Of a stretch of 64,000 nt of DNA, positions 17,346-26,378 are shown piece by piece. Origin of the DNA: Eubacterium sp. (GTDB taxonomy: Bacteria > Bacillota > Clostridia > Christensenellales > CAG-314); assembly GCA_963653425.1 (NCBI GenBank), contig CAVJWC010000001.1, positions 151,430 to 215,429 of the forward strand, in the 5' to 3' direction. Numbering within the stretch: the first letter of the stretch is position 1; each line of letters opens with the position of its first letter. Position numbers and translations under genes: made by a program. Under the pieces are notes generated by a model that was not told the DNA's origin, did not search any database, and saw only the letters and a list, made by a program, of their open reading frames with translations.

Positions 17346-18358
17346 AAAATCACGCCCGAACCGTTTACGCATTCGCCGAGAAGTACGGGTTCTTCTCCGA
17401 GTTTTTTAAGTTCTTCCATGGCTTTGTCGGCGTTAGTCTTATCCAAAGCGAGAACCATACCTATACCCATATTGAAAGTGTTGTACATCTTTGCGTCTTC
17501 TATTTCAGCGCGTTGCTGTAAAACTTTGAAGATGGTCGGAACTTCGTAAGCGCTTCTGTCGATACGAGCGGCTATTCCTTCGGGCAGAATGCGCGGAATG
17601 TTTTCGATAAAACCTCCGCCCGTTATATGAGCTATGCCTTTGACTTCTACCTTTTCGATAAGAGAAAGCACGGTTCTTACGTAAATTCTCGTAGGCGTCA
17701 GAAGAACGTCTATGGGCTTTGCTCCGAGCTGAGAATCGAATTCGAAAAGCGATTTGTCTTCGGGATTAAAGAGCTGACGAACGAGAGAATAACCGTTGCT
17801 GTGGATACCCGAAGAACGCAGTCCTATAAGAACGTCGCCGACTTTGATGTTCTTTCCGTTGATAACTTTGTCTTTGTTTACGATTCCGCAGGAGAAACCG
17901 GCGATGTCGTATTCGTCTTTTCCGTAAAAACCGGGCATTTCTGCCGTTTCTCCGCCTATAAGCGCGCAACCTGCCTGACGGCAACCTTCGGAAACGCCTT
18001 TGACTATCTCGGCAACCTTCGTAGGTTCGAGTTTGGAAAGCGCGATATAATCGAGGAAAATAAGGGGCTTTGCGCCGTGACAAGCTATGTCGTTCACGCA
18101 CATAGCAACGCAGTCGATACCTATAGTATCGTGTTTTTTAGCAACGAAAGCGTATCTGAGCTTGGTTCCTACGCCGTCCGTTCCCGCAACCATAACGGGA
18201 GAATCGGGTTTGTTGCCGAGCGCGTAAAAACCGCCGAAACTTCCTATATCGCCTAAAACGTTGTCGTTATAAGTGGTCTTCACGTATTGCTTCATAAGCT
18301 TTACCGCTTCGTAGCCCGCTTCAACGTCTACGCCTGCTTTTTTGTAATCTATTGCCAT
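17342..18358 (-). CDS. purM: phosphoribosylformylglycinamidine cyclo-ligase (AIR synthetase)
   Basis: 338 aa. DYKKAGVDVEAG...GTDGVGTKL...GGETAEMPG motifs. Confidence 0.95.
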   Translation of the reverse strand: MAIDYKKAGVDVEAGYEAVKLMKQYVKTTYNDNVLGDIGSFGGFYALGNKPDSPVMVAGTDGVGTKLRYAFVAKKHDTIGIDCVAMCVNDIACHGAKPLIFLDYIALSKLEPTKVAEIVKGVSEGCRQAGCALIGGETAEMPGFYGKDEYDIAGFSCGIVNKDKVINGKNIKVGDVLIGLRSSGIHSNGYSLVRQLFNPEDKSLFEFDSQLGAKPIDVLLTPTRIYVRTVLSLIEKVEVKGIAHITGGGFIENIPRILPEGIAARIDRSAYEVPTIFKVLQQRAEIEDAKMYNTFNMGIGMVLALDKTNADKAMEELKKLGEEPVLLGECVNGSGVIL

Positions 18359-18373
18359 GGTTTTCCCTCCGTT

Positions 18374-19840
18374 TTACTCCAATCCGAATTTTTCGCAGTG
18401 ATAATTGTTGATGTCGAAAGAATAATTGCCGTCAAAACAACCCGTACAGAAATGGGTCATCGTTCCTTCTGTCGAACAAGCCGCGATAAGTCTGTCGAGA
18501 GGCAGATAATGAAGACTGTCCGCGCCGATAAGTTTACAGATTTCTTCTTCCGATCTTCCCGAAGCTATGAGCTGGTCCTTGGTCTGCATGTCAACTCCGA
18601 AGAAACACGGTTCGGTTACTTTGGGACTGGATACGACCATATGGACTTCCGCCGCTCCGCTCTGACGAAGAAGCTGAATTATCTTCTTGCTCGTAGTTCC
18701 TCTTACTATACTGTCGTCGATAAGAATAAGCTTTTTACCGCGGATATTGCTTCTGAAAGCGTTAAGCTTGATTTTTACGCTGTTTTCGCGCATACTCTGC
18801 GACGGCTGAATAAAGGTTCTTCCTATATATCTGTTTTTGGAAATAGCGTCCACGTAAGGAATTCCGCTTTCTTCGCTGAAACCTCTCGCGCTTACGAGAG
18901 CCGAATCGGGAACGCCTGCCACTATGTCCGCTTTTATGTTAAGAAGTCTTGCAAGGTACACTCCGCACATATATCTCGCGTCGTATACGCTCTGCGAATC
19001 CATTATCGAATCGCTTCTCGCAAGGTATACGTATTCGAAAATACAAGGCTTGAAAGTCTGTTCTTCGAATATTTCCGTCGTTATGTTTCCGTCGGAATCC
19101 ACGGAAATGATCTCGCCGGGATTTACGTCGCGGATTACGGCGGCGTCTATCGAGTCGAGAGCGCACGATTCGCTGGCAAAAACGATAGATCCGTCCTTTT
19201 CGCCCATAATAAGCGGTTTTATTCCGTAAGGATCTCTCACCGCGTAGAGCTTACCGTCGATTATAAACAAAAGCGCGTAACCGCCTTTCATTTTACGGCA
19301 GGCTTTGATTATGCCTTCGGTAACGTCGCCGTCCGATATACACTGGTTCACCCACGCCGCTATAACTTCGCTGTCCACGGAACTCTGGAAAATATGTCCG
19401 TTCTTTATCATTTCGGCTTTGATGGCGTCGGCGTTTACGATGTTGCCGTTATGCGCGAGAGCCATTCTTCCGAATCTTCCGTAAAAGACTATGGGCTGAG
19501 CGTTTACGACGTTGCTCGAACCCGTCGTGGAATATCTGACGTGACCTATACCCAGTTTCGTTTTCGGGAGCATGGAAAGTTCCTCTTCACCGAAAACTTC
19601 GCTGACGAGTCCCATGTTCTTATAATACGAAATCTGATTTTTGCCGTAAGCGACAGCCATTCCCGCGCTTTCCTGTCCTCTGTGCTGGAGGGAAAAAAGC
19701 CCGAAATAAATGTCTCTTGCGTAATCCTGTTCGTCGTGTCCGATTATTCCGAATATACCGCATTCTTCATGTACGCCGAGGTCTCTTGCCGGGACGACGG
19801 CGTAAGGTTGTTTTCTGTATCTACGATACTTTCTTTTCAT
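18374..19840 (-). CDS. purF: amidophosphoribosyltransferase
   Basis: Propeptide followed by the CGIFGI Ntn nucleophile. PRTase motif LIDDSIVRGTT. C-terminal Cys cluster. Confidence 0.95.
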   Translation of the reverse strand: MKRKYRRYRKQPYAVVPARDLGVHEECGIFGIIGHDEQDYARDIYFGLFSLQHRGQESAGMAVAYGKNQISYYKNMGLVSEVFGEEELSMLPKTKLGIGHVRYSTTGSSNVVNAQPIVFYGRFGRMALAHNGNIVNADAIKAEMIKNGHIFQSSVDSEVIAAWVNQCISDGDVTEGIIKACRKMKGGYALLFIIDGKLYAVRDPYGIKPLIMGEKDGSIVFASESCALDSIDAAVIRDVNPGEIISVDSDGNITTEIFEEQTFKPCIFEYVYLARSDSIMDSQSVYDARYMCGVYLARLLNIKADIVAGVPDSALVSARGFSEESGIPYVDAISKNRYIGRTFIQPSQSMRENSVKIKLNAFRSNIRGKKLILIDDSIVRGTTSKKIIQLLRQSGAAEVHMVVSSPKVTEPCFFGVDMQTKDQLIASGRSEEEICKLIGADSLHYLPLDRLIAACSTEGTMTHFCTGCFDGNYSFDINNYHCEKFGLE

Positions 19841-20550
19841 TATAATCCCATCATCCTTTTGAGAACTTCTTGGTATGCGTCTTCTACTCCGCCGAGGTCT
19901 CTGCGGAAACGGTCCTTGTCCAGTTTCATTTTGGTGGTGTGATCCCAGAATCTGCAGGTATCGGGAGAGATTTCGTCGGCAAGAATGATTTCGCCGTGGT
20001 ATCTGCCGAATTCAAGCTTGAAGTCGATAAGGTCGATGTTTATTTTGAGCATAAGTTCGCGGAGAATATCGTTTATTCTGAAAGCCATCTTCTTAATGGT
20101 TTCGAGTTCTTCTTCCGTAGCAAGTTCCATAGCAAGCGCGTGATAATCGTTGATCATAGGATCGCCGAGTTCGTCGTTCTTATAAGAAAATTCCAGAACG
20201 GTTCTCTTGAGGGGCGTTCCTTCGGGGATACCCAAACGCTTGGAAAGACTGCCCGCAGCTATGTTACGCACGATAACTTCGATAGGAACGATTTGTACGC
20301 GTTTTACGAAGGTGTCCGTATCGGAAACTTCTTCGATGAAATGAGTGGGAACGCCTTCTTTTTCGAGAAGTTTGAAAAGATGATTGGAACATTTGTTGTT
20401 AACGACGCCCTTTCCGGCTATCTGTCCTTTTTTAAGACCGTTGAACGCCGTAGCGTCGTCTTTATAAGATACGAGAACGACGTCTTTATCGTCGGTTGCA
20501 AAAACTTTCTTGGCTTTGCCTTCATAAATCATTTCTTTTACTGTAATCAT
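19840..20550 (-). CDS. purC: phosphoribosylaminoimidazole-succinocarboxamide synthase
   Basis: 236 aa. YEGKAKKVF...IPIEVIVRN... typical of SAICAR synthase. Confidence 0.95.
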   Translation of the reverse strand: MITVKEMIYEGKAKKVFATDDKDVVLVSYKDDATAFNGLKKGQIAGKGVVNNKCSNHLFKLLEKEGVPTHFIEEVSDTDTFVKRVQIVPIEVIVRNIAAGSLSKRLGIPEGTPLKRTVLEFSYKNDELGDPMINDYHALAMELATEEELETIKKMAFRINDILRELMLKINIDLIDFKLEFGRYHGEIILADEISPDTCRFWDHTTKMKLDKDRFRRDLGGVEDAYQEVLKRMMGL

Positions 20551-20560
20551 AGTTCGCTCC

Positions 20561-21049
20561 TTATATAAGATTGTGTATTGATTCGTTATCCGCGAAAATT
20601 TTGTCTTTCATTTCTTGTCTCATCTGTCTGAGCTTTAAGTTAAGCTCGGGACTGCTCAGAGCAAGCATTTCTGCCGCAAGAATAGCGGCGTTTTCGCTTC
20701 CGTTTATGGCGACGGTCGCGACGGGAATACCCGAAGGCATCTGAACGGTGGAAAGCAGACTGTCCATTCCGTCGAGCGTAGAGCTTTTCATAGGGATTCC
20801 TATAACCGGCAGAACGGTGTTAGCGGCAATAAATCCCGCAAGATGCGCGGCTTTTCCGGCGGCGGCGATAATCGCTCCGTAACCGTTCTTTTCGGCGTTT
20901 ACGGCAAACTCGGTGACCTCTGCGGGCGTTCTGTGTGCGCTCATAATGAAAACTTCGGCGGGTATGCCGAGTTTGTCGAGCGTTTTCTTTGCAGGAAGAA
21001 CGCTTTCGAAATCGCTTTTACTTCCCATAATAACGGCAACTTTTTTCAT
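20561..21049 (-). CDS. purE: 5-(carboxyamino)imidazole ribonucleotide mutase
   Basis: [13 protein letters not shown]...SAHRTP...[10 protein letters not shown] motifs. AAAGGAGA precedes ATG 21049. Confidence 0.9.
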   Translation of the reverse strand: MKKVAVIMGSKSDFESVLPAKKTLDKLGIPAEVFIMSAHRTPAEVTEFAVNAEKNGYGAIIAAAGKAAHLAGFIAANTVLPVIGIPMKSSTLDGMDSLLSTVQMPSGIPVATVAINGSENAAILAAEMLALSSPELNLKLRQMRQEMKDKIFADNESIHNLI

Positions 21050-21066
21050 GATGTCTCCTTTAATAA

Positions 21067-21099
21067 ACAAAAAAACGCAACTATTCCATAATTGCGTTT
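21067..21099 (-). terminator. intrinsic terminator (attenuator) in the pur operon leader
   Basis: On the - strand, AACGCAA-11 nt-TTGCGTT followed by TTTTTTT, ending about 20 nt before the purE SD. Confidence 0.7.
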
Positions 21100-21226
21100 A
21101 TGCCTGTATACCTGTGTTAAATTGACGTGCGGGCAGAACGTACGGACGATTGCTCGCGGAAAGTGCGACAATCGTCTTGTCGATCATTCCGATAAAAAAC
21201 CTTCCTTGCGGCTTGAAAGCAATCAT
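21098..21226 (-). CDS. possible 42-codon leader ORF of the pur operon
   Basis: My own translation of the - strand gives AAGGAGG-9 nt-ATG, then MIAFKPQGRFFIGMIDKTIVALSASNRPYVLPARQFNTGIQA. The TAA stop (21098-21100) overlaps the terminator 5' arm. No family recognised. Confidence 0.3.
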   Translation of the reverse strand: MIAFKPQGRFFIGMIDKTIVALSASNRPYVLPARQFNTGIQA

Positions 21227-21255
21227 TTTTACGTGCCTCCTTTGTCAACGCCTAA

Positions 21256-21284
21256 ATGATACCAAAATATCGATTTTTTGGCAA
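21256..21284 (-). promoter_or_regulatory. candidate sigma-A promoter of the pur operon
   Basis: On the - strand, TTGCCA (21279-21284), 17-nt spacer, TGgTATCAT (-10 at 21256-21261). Confidence 0.5.
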
Positions 21285-21405
21285 GAATTTTTATGCCGAA
21301 TATCGATTTTTTTTACCGCAAAATCAGTCTTTTTGCTTTATTATATAAAATCGTATCGATTTTTATCGCCGCATTTGTACTTGGTACTATATAAGAAAGA
21401 AATTT

Positions 21406-21753
21406 TTAAGAAATAAAGCCGAGACTTATAAGTAAAGCGTTGTCTACGCGCGTCATGACTTCCTTGGGAAGTTCGCCGATTTTCTCTTTAAGACGGCTCT
21501 TGTCGATGGTTCTTATCTGTTCGAGAAGAACTATACTGTCGCGCGGAAGACAATAATCTCTCGACGCGATTTCGATATGGGTGGGAAGCTTGTTTTTTCC
21601 GACTTTACTGGTTGTTGCCGCGGCTATGATAGTCGGGCTGAATTTGTTGCCTACGTCGTTCTGCAATACGAGAACGGGACGGATTCCGCCCTGCTCGCTG
21701 CCTACAACCGGACTAAGGTCTGCGTAATAAAGTTCTCCTCGTTTTACTGTCAT
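21406..21753 (-). CDS. mazF: MazF/PemK family endoribonuclease toxin (EndoA/NdoA-like)
   Basis: [39 protein letters not shown]...LPTHIEI...[13 protein letters not shown] aligns end to end with B. subtilis EndoA as I recall it. GGAGG lies 7 nt upstream of the ATG. Confidence 0.9.
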   Translation of the reverse strand: MTVKRGELYYADLSPVVGSEQGGIRPVLVLQNDVGNKFSPTIIAAATTSKVGKNKLPTHIEIASRDYCLPRDSIVLLEQIRTIDKSRLKEKIGELPKEVMTRVDNALLISLGFIS

Positions 21754-21942
21754 AAATAAACCTCCATTGACGGACTTTATGTAATCCGACGATAATCCGA
21801 TTATTAACCCGTTTACCGTAAATTAAACCGACGCGGTAAAAACAATTTCCGTATAGGAAAAACAAAGCTTTGAGTCCGGTATAAAGTGACGCCTCGGTTT
21901 TCGGTATATTATACGCAAAAACAACGGAAAGTGAGATAAACG

Positions 21943-21970
21943 CAAAAAAGCCGCCGAATAATCGGCGGCT
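21943..21970 (-). terminator. rho-independent terminator after leuS
   Basis: AGCCGCCGA-ATAA-TCGGCGGCT (21949-21970), followed by a T-run on the - strand. Confidence 0.85.
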
Positions 21971-22027
21971 CTGTAAATCGTTGTTATCTGGTTTAATAAG
22001 AATTACAGCAAATCCCAAGATACTGCG

Positions 22028-24460
22028 TTAAGCTATTATATTTACGAGCCTTGACGGGATAACTATTACTTTCTTTATGGTTTTGCCTTCGAGAAGGCTC
22101 ATAACCGTGCTGTCGGAACGCACCAAATCTTCGATTTCCTTTGGCGTCATATCGGCGGAAACGGTGATTCTGTGGCGGATCTTGCTGTTGATTTGTACGG
22201 CAAGTTCAACTTCGGATTTAACGAGAGCTTTTTCATCGAGTACGCACCAACCGTGATTGAATACGGAATATTCGTTGCCCAGCATTTCCCAGAATTCTTC
22301 GCACATATGAGGCGCAAGAGGCGCAAGCAGTTTAACGAGGTCGGTTACGCAGTCTTTATAGAAAGAGGCGTTGTTTATACCGTCGTTTTCGTACTTTCCG
22401 AGAGCGTTCACGAGTTCCATCATTCTTGCTACCGCAGTGTTGAAGTCAAAGGAATCGTAGTCGGCGGTAACTTCCTTAATGGCGTTGTGGCGAACGTAAT
22501 TAAGTTCTTTTTCGGCTTTTCCCATGGGTTTTTCGCCCGAAAGGTCAAGCGCGCAGGCTTTGACTACGGTCTTTTCTACCTTTTCCAGCCATTTTGCGAT
22601 AGCTCTTATTCCGTCGTCGCTCCAAGGTCCGCCTTCGGTGTATCTGTATCCGAAACCGATATAAGTTCTCAGAACGTCGCTGCCGTATTTCTCTATATAA
22701 GGATCGGGACTGATAACGTTGCCTCTGCTCTTACTCATCTTCTGTCCGTCGGGACCGAGAATCATACCCTGATGGGTAAGAGAAAGGAAGGGTTCGTCGA
22801 AATCGAGGTATCCCATATCGCGAAGAGCTTTGGTTATGAAACGCGCGTAAAGCAGGTGCATACAAGCGTGTTCCGCACCGCCTACGTATTTGTCAACGGG
22901 AAGCATTTCGTCTACGATAGTCTTATCGAAAGGCTTTTCGGCGTTCCTGTTGTCGGGATAACGCAGATAATACCAGCTACTGCAAACGAAAGTATCCAGC
23001 GTATCGGGATCTCTCTTTGCGTCTCCTCCGCATTTGGGGCATTTACAATTCATAAAGCCTTCGTGTTTGAGAAGCGGACTTGTTCCGTCGGGCGTGAAGT
23101 TAACGTCGTAGGGAAGTTCTACGGGAAGCTGTTCTTCGGGAACGGGAACTATTCCGCAGTGAGGACAATGAATCACGGGAATAGGCGCGCCCCAATATCT
23201 CTGACGGGAAATAAGCCAATCGCGCAGTCTGTAATTGACTACGTGTTTGCCCTGTCCGCGGCTTTCGAGAAGGTCGATAACGGCTTTCTTGCCCTCTTCC
23301 GTCGTAAGTCCGTCGAATTCCCCGCTGTTGCACATAATTCCGTATTCCGTAAAGGGAAGGCTGTCGTCGGTTTTGTCGTCTTTGGCTTTGATTACTCTGC
23401 TGATTTCCAGTCCGTATTTCTTTGCGAAATCGAAGTCTCTTGCGTCGTGAGAAGGAACGCCCATTACTGCGCCCGTTCCGTAAGAATACAGAACGTAGTC
23501 GCCTATCCATACGGGAACTTTCTTTCCGTTAATGGGATTTATGCAATACGCGCCCGTCCATACGCCCGTTTTTTCCTTGCTCGTGCTGAGTCTGTCTATT
23601 TCCGAAGCTTTGCTTGCGGCGAGTCTGTAATCTTCCACAGCCTGTTTCTGAGAAGGCGTGGTAATCTTGTCTACGAGAGGATGTTCGGGAGCGAGAACTA
23701 CGTAGCTTACGCCGAAAAGCGTGTCGGCTCTCGTGGTGAACGTTCTGAATTTTTCGCCGTTTTCAAGAGTGAATTCGACTTCTCCGCCCGTGCTTTTGCC
23801 TATCCAGTTCTTCTGCATAAGCTTGGTCTTTTCGGGCCAATCGAGTTTATCGAGACCGGTTATGAGTTCGTCGGCGTATTTGGTTATCTTAAAGAACCAC
23901 TGAGTAAGGTTCTTATGAACGATCTGCGTTCCGCATCTTTCGCATACGCCGTCGGTAGCCTGTTCGTTGGCAAGAACGGTCTGACAGGAAGGACACCAGT
24001 TTACGGGAGCGTCTTTTCTGTAAGCAAGTCCGTGTTTATAAAGTTGCAGGAAAAGCCACTGCGTCCATTTGTAGTATTCGGGACGGCAGGTAACTACTTC
24101 GTGTTTCCAGTCGAACATAGCGCCCATTTCGGAAAGCTGTTGCTCCATTATGGAGATGTTCTTTTCGGTGCTGTCTTTGGGGTGAATACCCGTCTTTATA
24201 GCGTAGTTCTCGGCAGGAAGTCCGAAAGCGTCGAATCCCATAGGCTCGAAAACGTTATAGCCGTTCATTTTCTTGAAACGGGCGTAACTGTCGGACATAC
24301 CGAAGTTATACCAGTGACCGAGGTGAAGTTTTGCTCCGCTCGGATAGGAAAACATTTCGAGCATATAGAACTTCTTGTCCATCCTCGTCTTATCGAAGGC
24401 GTATATATCGGTGTCTTTCCAGATCTTATTCCATTTTTTTTCTATCGTTATATTGTCCAT
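22028..24460 (-). CDS. leuS: leucine--tRNA ligase
   Basis: 810 aa. HLGHWYNF (HIGH) and QKMSKSRGN (KMSKS) motifs. AAGGAG 6 nt upstream of the ATG, and only 26 nt after the alaS stop. Confidence 0.97.
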   Translation of the reverse strand: MDNITIEKKWNKIWKDTDIYAFDKTRMDKKFYMLEMFSYPSGAKLHLGHWYNFGMSDSYARFKKMNGYNVFEPMGFDAFGLPAENYAIKTGIHPKDSTEKNISIMEQQLSEMGAMFDWKHEVVTCRPEYYKWTQWLFLQLYKHGLAYRKDAPVNWCPSCQTVLANEQATDGVCERCGTQIVHKNLTQWFFKITKYADELITGLDKLDWPEKTKLMQKNWIGKSTGGEVEFTLENGEKFRTFTTRADTLFGVSYVVLAPEHPLVDKITTPSQKQAVEDYRLAASKASEIDRLSTSKEKTGVWTGAYCINPINGKKVPVWIGDYVLYSYGTGAVMGVPSHDARDFDFAKKYGLEISRVIKAKDDKTDDSLPFTEYGIMCNSGEFDGLTTEEGKKAVIDLLESRGQGKHVVNYRLRDWLISRQRYWGAPIPVIHCPHCGIVPVPEEQLPVELPYDVNFTPDGTSPLLKHEGFMNCKCPKCGGDAKRDPDTLDTFVCSSWYYLRYPDNRNAEKPFDKTIVDEMLPVDKYVGGAEHACMHLLYARFITKALRDMGYLDFDEPFLSLTHQGMILGPDGQKMSKSRGNVISPDPYIEKYGSDVLRTYIGFGYRYTEGGPWSDDGIRAIAKWLEKVEKTVVKACALDLSGEKPMGKAEKELNYVRHNAIKEVTADYDSFDFNTAVARMMELVNALGKYENDGINNASFYKDCVTDLVKLLAPLAPHMCEEFWEMLGNEYSVFNHGWCVLDEKALVKSEVELAVQINSKIRHRITVSADMTPKEIEDLVRSDSTVMSLLEGKTIKKVIVIPSRLVNIIA

Positions 24461-24486
24461 ATATGACTCCTTGCCCTCGCGGACGG

Positions 24487-26280
24487 TTATTCTTTAGGTC
24501 TGAGTTCGGCTTTGATTCTTCTGACGCCCGAAGAAGAGGACTGTTCTTTTGTTATAACGAACTGTCCGAGGTCGCCGGTGTTTTTAGCGTGAGGACCTCC
24601 GCAGATTTCCATCGAGAAGTCGCCCATGGTGTAGAGCTTTACGACGTCTCCGTATTTATCGCCGAACAAGCCTATCGCGCCCCTCTTTCTTGCTTCTTCG
24701 ATGGGAACTTCTTCGCAGATAACGTCCATCTTTCTGTTTATGGCTTCGTTGACGAGAGCCTGCGTTTCTTCGATTTCTTCCTTGGTCATAGGACGATGGA
24801 AGCTGAAGTCGAAACGAAGTCTTTCTGCGGTAATATTACTGCCCTTCTGCTTTACTTCGTCGCCGAGAACTCTTCTGAGCGCAGCCTGAAGAAGATGGGT
24901 AGCCGTATGAAGTTTAGCCGTTTCGTCGCTGTGGTCGGCAAGTCCGCCTTTGAATTTCTGTTCGCTTCCCGCGTGGCTCTTAGCCTGATGTTCGGCGAAT
25001 TTAGCCTTGAAACCTTCTTCGTCTACTTTAAGACCGACTTCTGCGGCGTATTCGGTAGTCATTTCTATGGGGAAACCGTACGTGTCGTAAAGTCTGAACG
25101 CCGTTTCGCCGTTTATGGTGTCGCCTGCGTTAAGCGTGGAAGCCACTCTGCGGAATTCTTTTTCGCCCTGAATAAGGGTTTTAAGGAACTTCTCGTTTTC
25201 TATTCTGAGTTCTTCTATAACCTTTCCGCGATTTACGGAAAGTTCGCTGTAAACGTCTTTATAAGTGTCGATGTAAATTTCGGCAATGGTAATCATATCG
25301 TCGGTTTTAAGTCCGATATTGTTCATATATCTTACCGCGCGTCTTATGATTCTTCTTAAAACGTAGCCCTGATCGACGTTACTCGGAGTAATGCCTACCT
25401 GATCGCCCAGCATAAATACGGACGTTCTTATATGGTCGGCTATAATTCTCATAGCCTTTGTGACTTCTTCGGATTCGCCGTACTTTTTGCCCGAAATCTC
25501 TTCGATTTTGGCTATTACGGGCCTGAAAACGTCTATATCGTACACGCTGTCGAAACCGTTGAGAACGGATACCGTTCTTTCGAGTCCCATACCCGTATCG
25601 ACGTTCTTCTGAGCGAGAGGTTCGAGTTTTCCTTCGCGGTTCTTATTGAACTGCATGAAGACGTTGTTCCAGATTTCCAGCCACTGATTGCCTTCGTCGG
25701 CGGGAGAAAGTTTCTTTTCTTCTTCCTTCGTTCCCTTGAAGAAGAATATTTCCGTATCGGGACCGCAGGGACCGGTTATTCCGGCAGGTCCCCACCAGTT
25801 ATGCTTTTTGTTAAGGTAGAAAATACGTTCTTTGGGAAGACCGCATTCGAGCCATACGGACGCGCTTTCTTCGTCTCTCGGGCAGTCGTCGTCGCCTTCG
25901 AAAACGGTAACGGCAATCTTGTCCTTTGGAAGACCGAGATATTTTTCGGAAGTCAGGAATTCCCACGACCATTTTATGGACTGTTCCTTAAAGTAATCTC
26001 CGAGACTCCAGTTTCCGAGCATTTCAAAGAAGGTAAGGTGGCTCTTGTCGCCTACTTCGTCGATGTCGCCCGTTCTGACGCACTTCTGAACGTCGGTAAG
26101 TCTGTTTCCGGCAGGATGTTTCTGACCGAGAAGATAGGGCGTAAGCGGATGCATGCCCGCCGTCGTGAAAAGAACGGTAGGATCGTTCTCGGGAATAAGA
26201 CTGGACGAAGGAATGATTTTGTGTCCTCTTTCCTCAAAGAAACTCAGATATAACTTTCTTAAATTTTCAGCTGTAAGCAT
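24487..26280 (-). CDS. alaS: alanine--tRNA ligase, short form lacking the C-terminal C-Ala domain
   Basis: 597 aa. [16 protein letters not shown] and WNNVFMQF class-II core. Editing motifs HTATHLL and CGGPH. The ORF stops about 35 residues after CGGPH. Confidence 0.85.
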   Translation of the reverse strand: MLTAENLRKLYLSFFEERGHKIIPSSSLIPENDPTVLFTTAGMHPLTPYLLGQKHPAGNRLTDVQKCVRTGDIDEVGDKSHLTFFEMLGNWSLGDYFKEQSIKWSWEFLTSEKYLGLPKDKIAVTVFEGDDDCPRDEESASVWLECGLPKERIFYLNKKHNWWGPAGITGPCGPDTEIFFFKGTKEEEKKLSPADEGNQWLEIWNNVFMQFNKNREGKLEPLAQKNVDTGMGLERTVSVLNGFDSVYDIDVFRPVIAKIEEISGKKYGESEEVTKAMRIIADHIRTSVFMLGDQVGITPSNVDQGYVLRRIIRRAVRYMNNIGLKTDDMITIAEIYIDTYKDVYSELSVNRGKVIEELRIENEKFLKTLIQGEKEFRRVASTLNAGDTINGETAFRLYDTYGFPIEMTTEYAAEVGLKVDEEGFKAKFAEHQAKSHAGSEQKFKGGLADHSDETAKLHTATHLLQAALRRVLGDEVKQKGSNITAERLRFDFSFHRPMTKEEIEETQALVNEAINRKMDVICEEVPIEEARKRGAIGLFGDKYGDVVKLYTMGDFSMEICGGPHAKNTGDLGQFVITKEQSSSSGVRRIKAELRPKE

Positions 26281-26378
26281 TTTTCTACCTCTATAGTTTT
26301 TGATGTTATTGCAGAATTAACCTGTGCCTTTCATTTTCTCATATTTTACGCGATTTGTAAAGCTCTTTAAGGCTTTTT

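Noticed and set aside
20561-21049. purE appears to be class I ([10 protein letters not shown]), but no purK is present in the purE-purL operon.
   Set aside because: purK, and also purB and purA, may simply be encoded elsewhere. As far as I recall, absence of purK from pur operons is common in anaerobic Firmicutes. It cannot be assessed from one window.
21243-21248. A TTGACA hexamer just upstream of the leader-ORF SD, considered as the pur promoter -35.
   Set aside because: No acceptable -10 lies 16-18 nt downstream, only TGATTG. The TTGCCA-17 nt-TATCAT pair further upstream fits much better.
21050-21250. Purine (G-box), ZTP/pfl or ykkC-PRPP riboswitch upstream of purE.
   Set aside because: I looked on the - strand for the conserved cores (UAUAAU...GGAUAUGG...CCGUAAAU...ACUAUG, the GGGUCGUGACUGGCG...CCGCCUGGGC pseudoknot, and the ykkC GGGA/ACGR elements) and found none. 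This needs Infernal to be definitive.
21713-22018. A 101-aa ORF upstream of and overlapping mazF, considered as a possible MazE antitoxin.
   Set aside because: It starts next to the leuS stop and reads straight through the leuS terminator hairpin and the TATAAT box. It has no SD and no RHH or AbrB-like sequence. Its composition looks non-coding.
22172-24466. A 764-aa ORF on the + strand spanning almost all of leuS. Similar cases are 18287-19942, 15215-16462, 12529-13605, 13908-14939, 39002-40165, 53499-54629 and 59789-60907.
   Set aside because: All are exactly codon-aligned antisense shadows of well-supported genes. They have odd Phe/Val/Arg/Ser-rich composition, no SD sequences and no recognisable domains. 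They are explained by rarity of TTA, CTA and TCA in the sense genes, which I report as a codon-usage finding rather than as genes.
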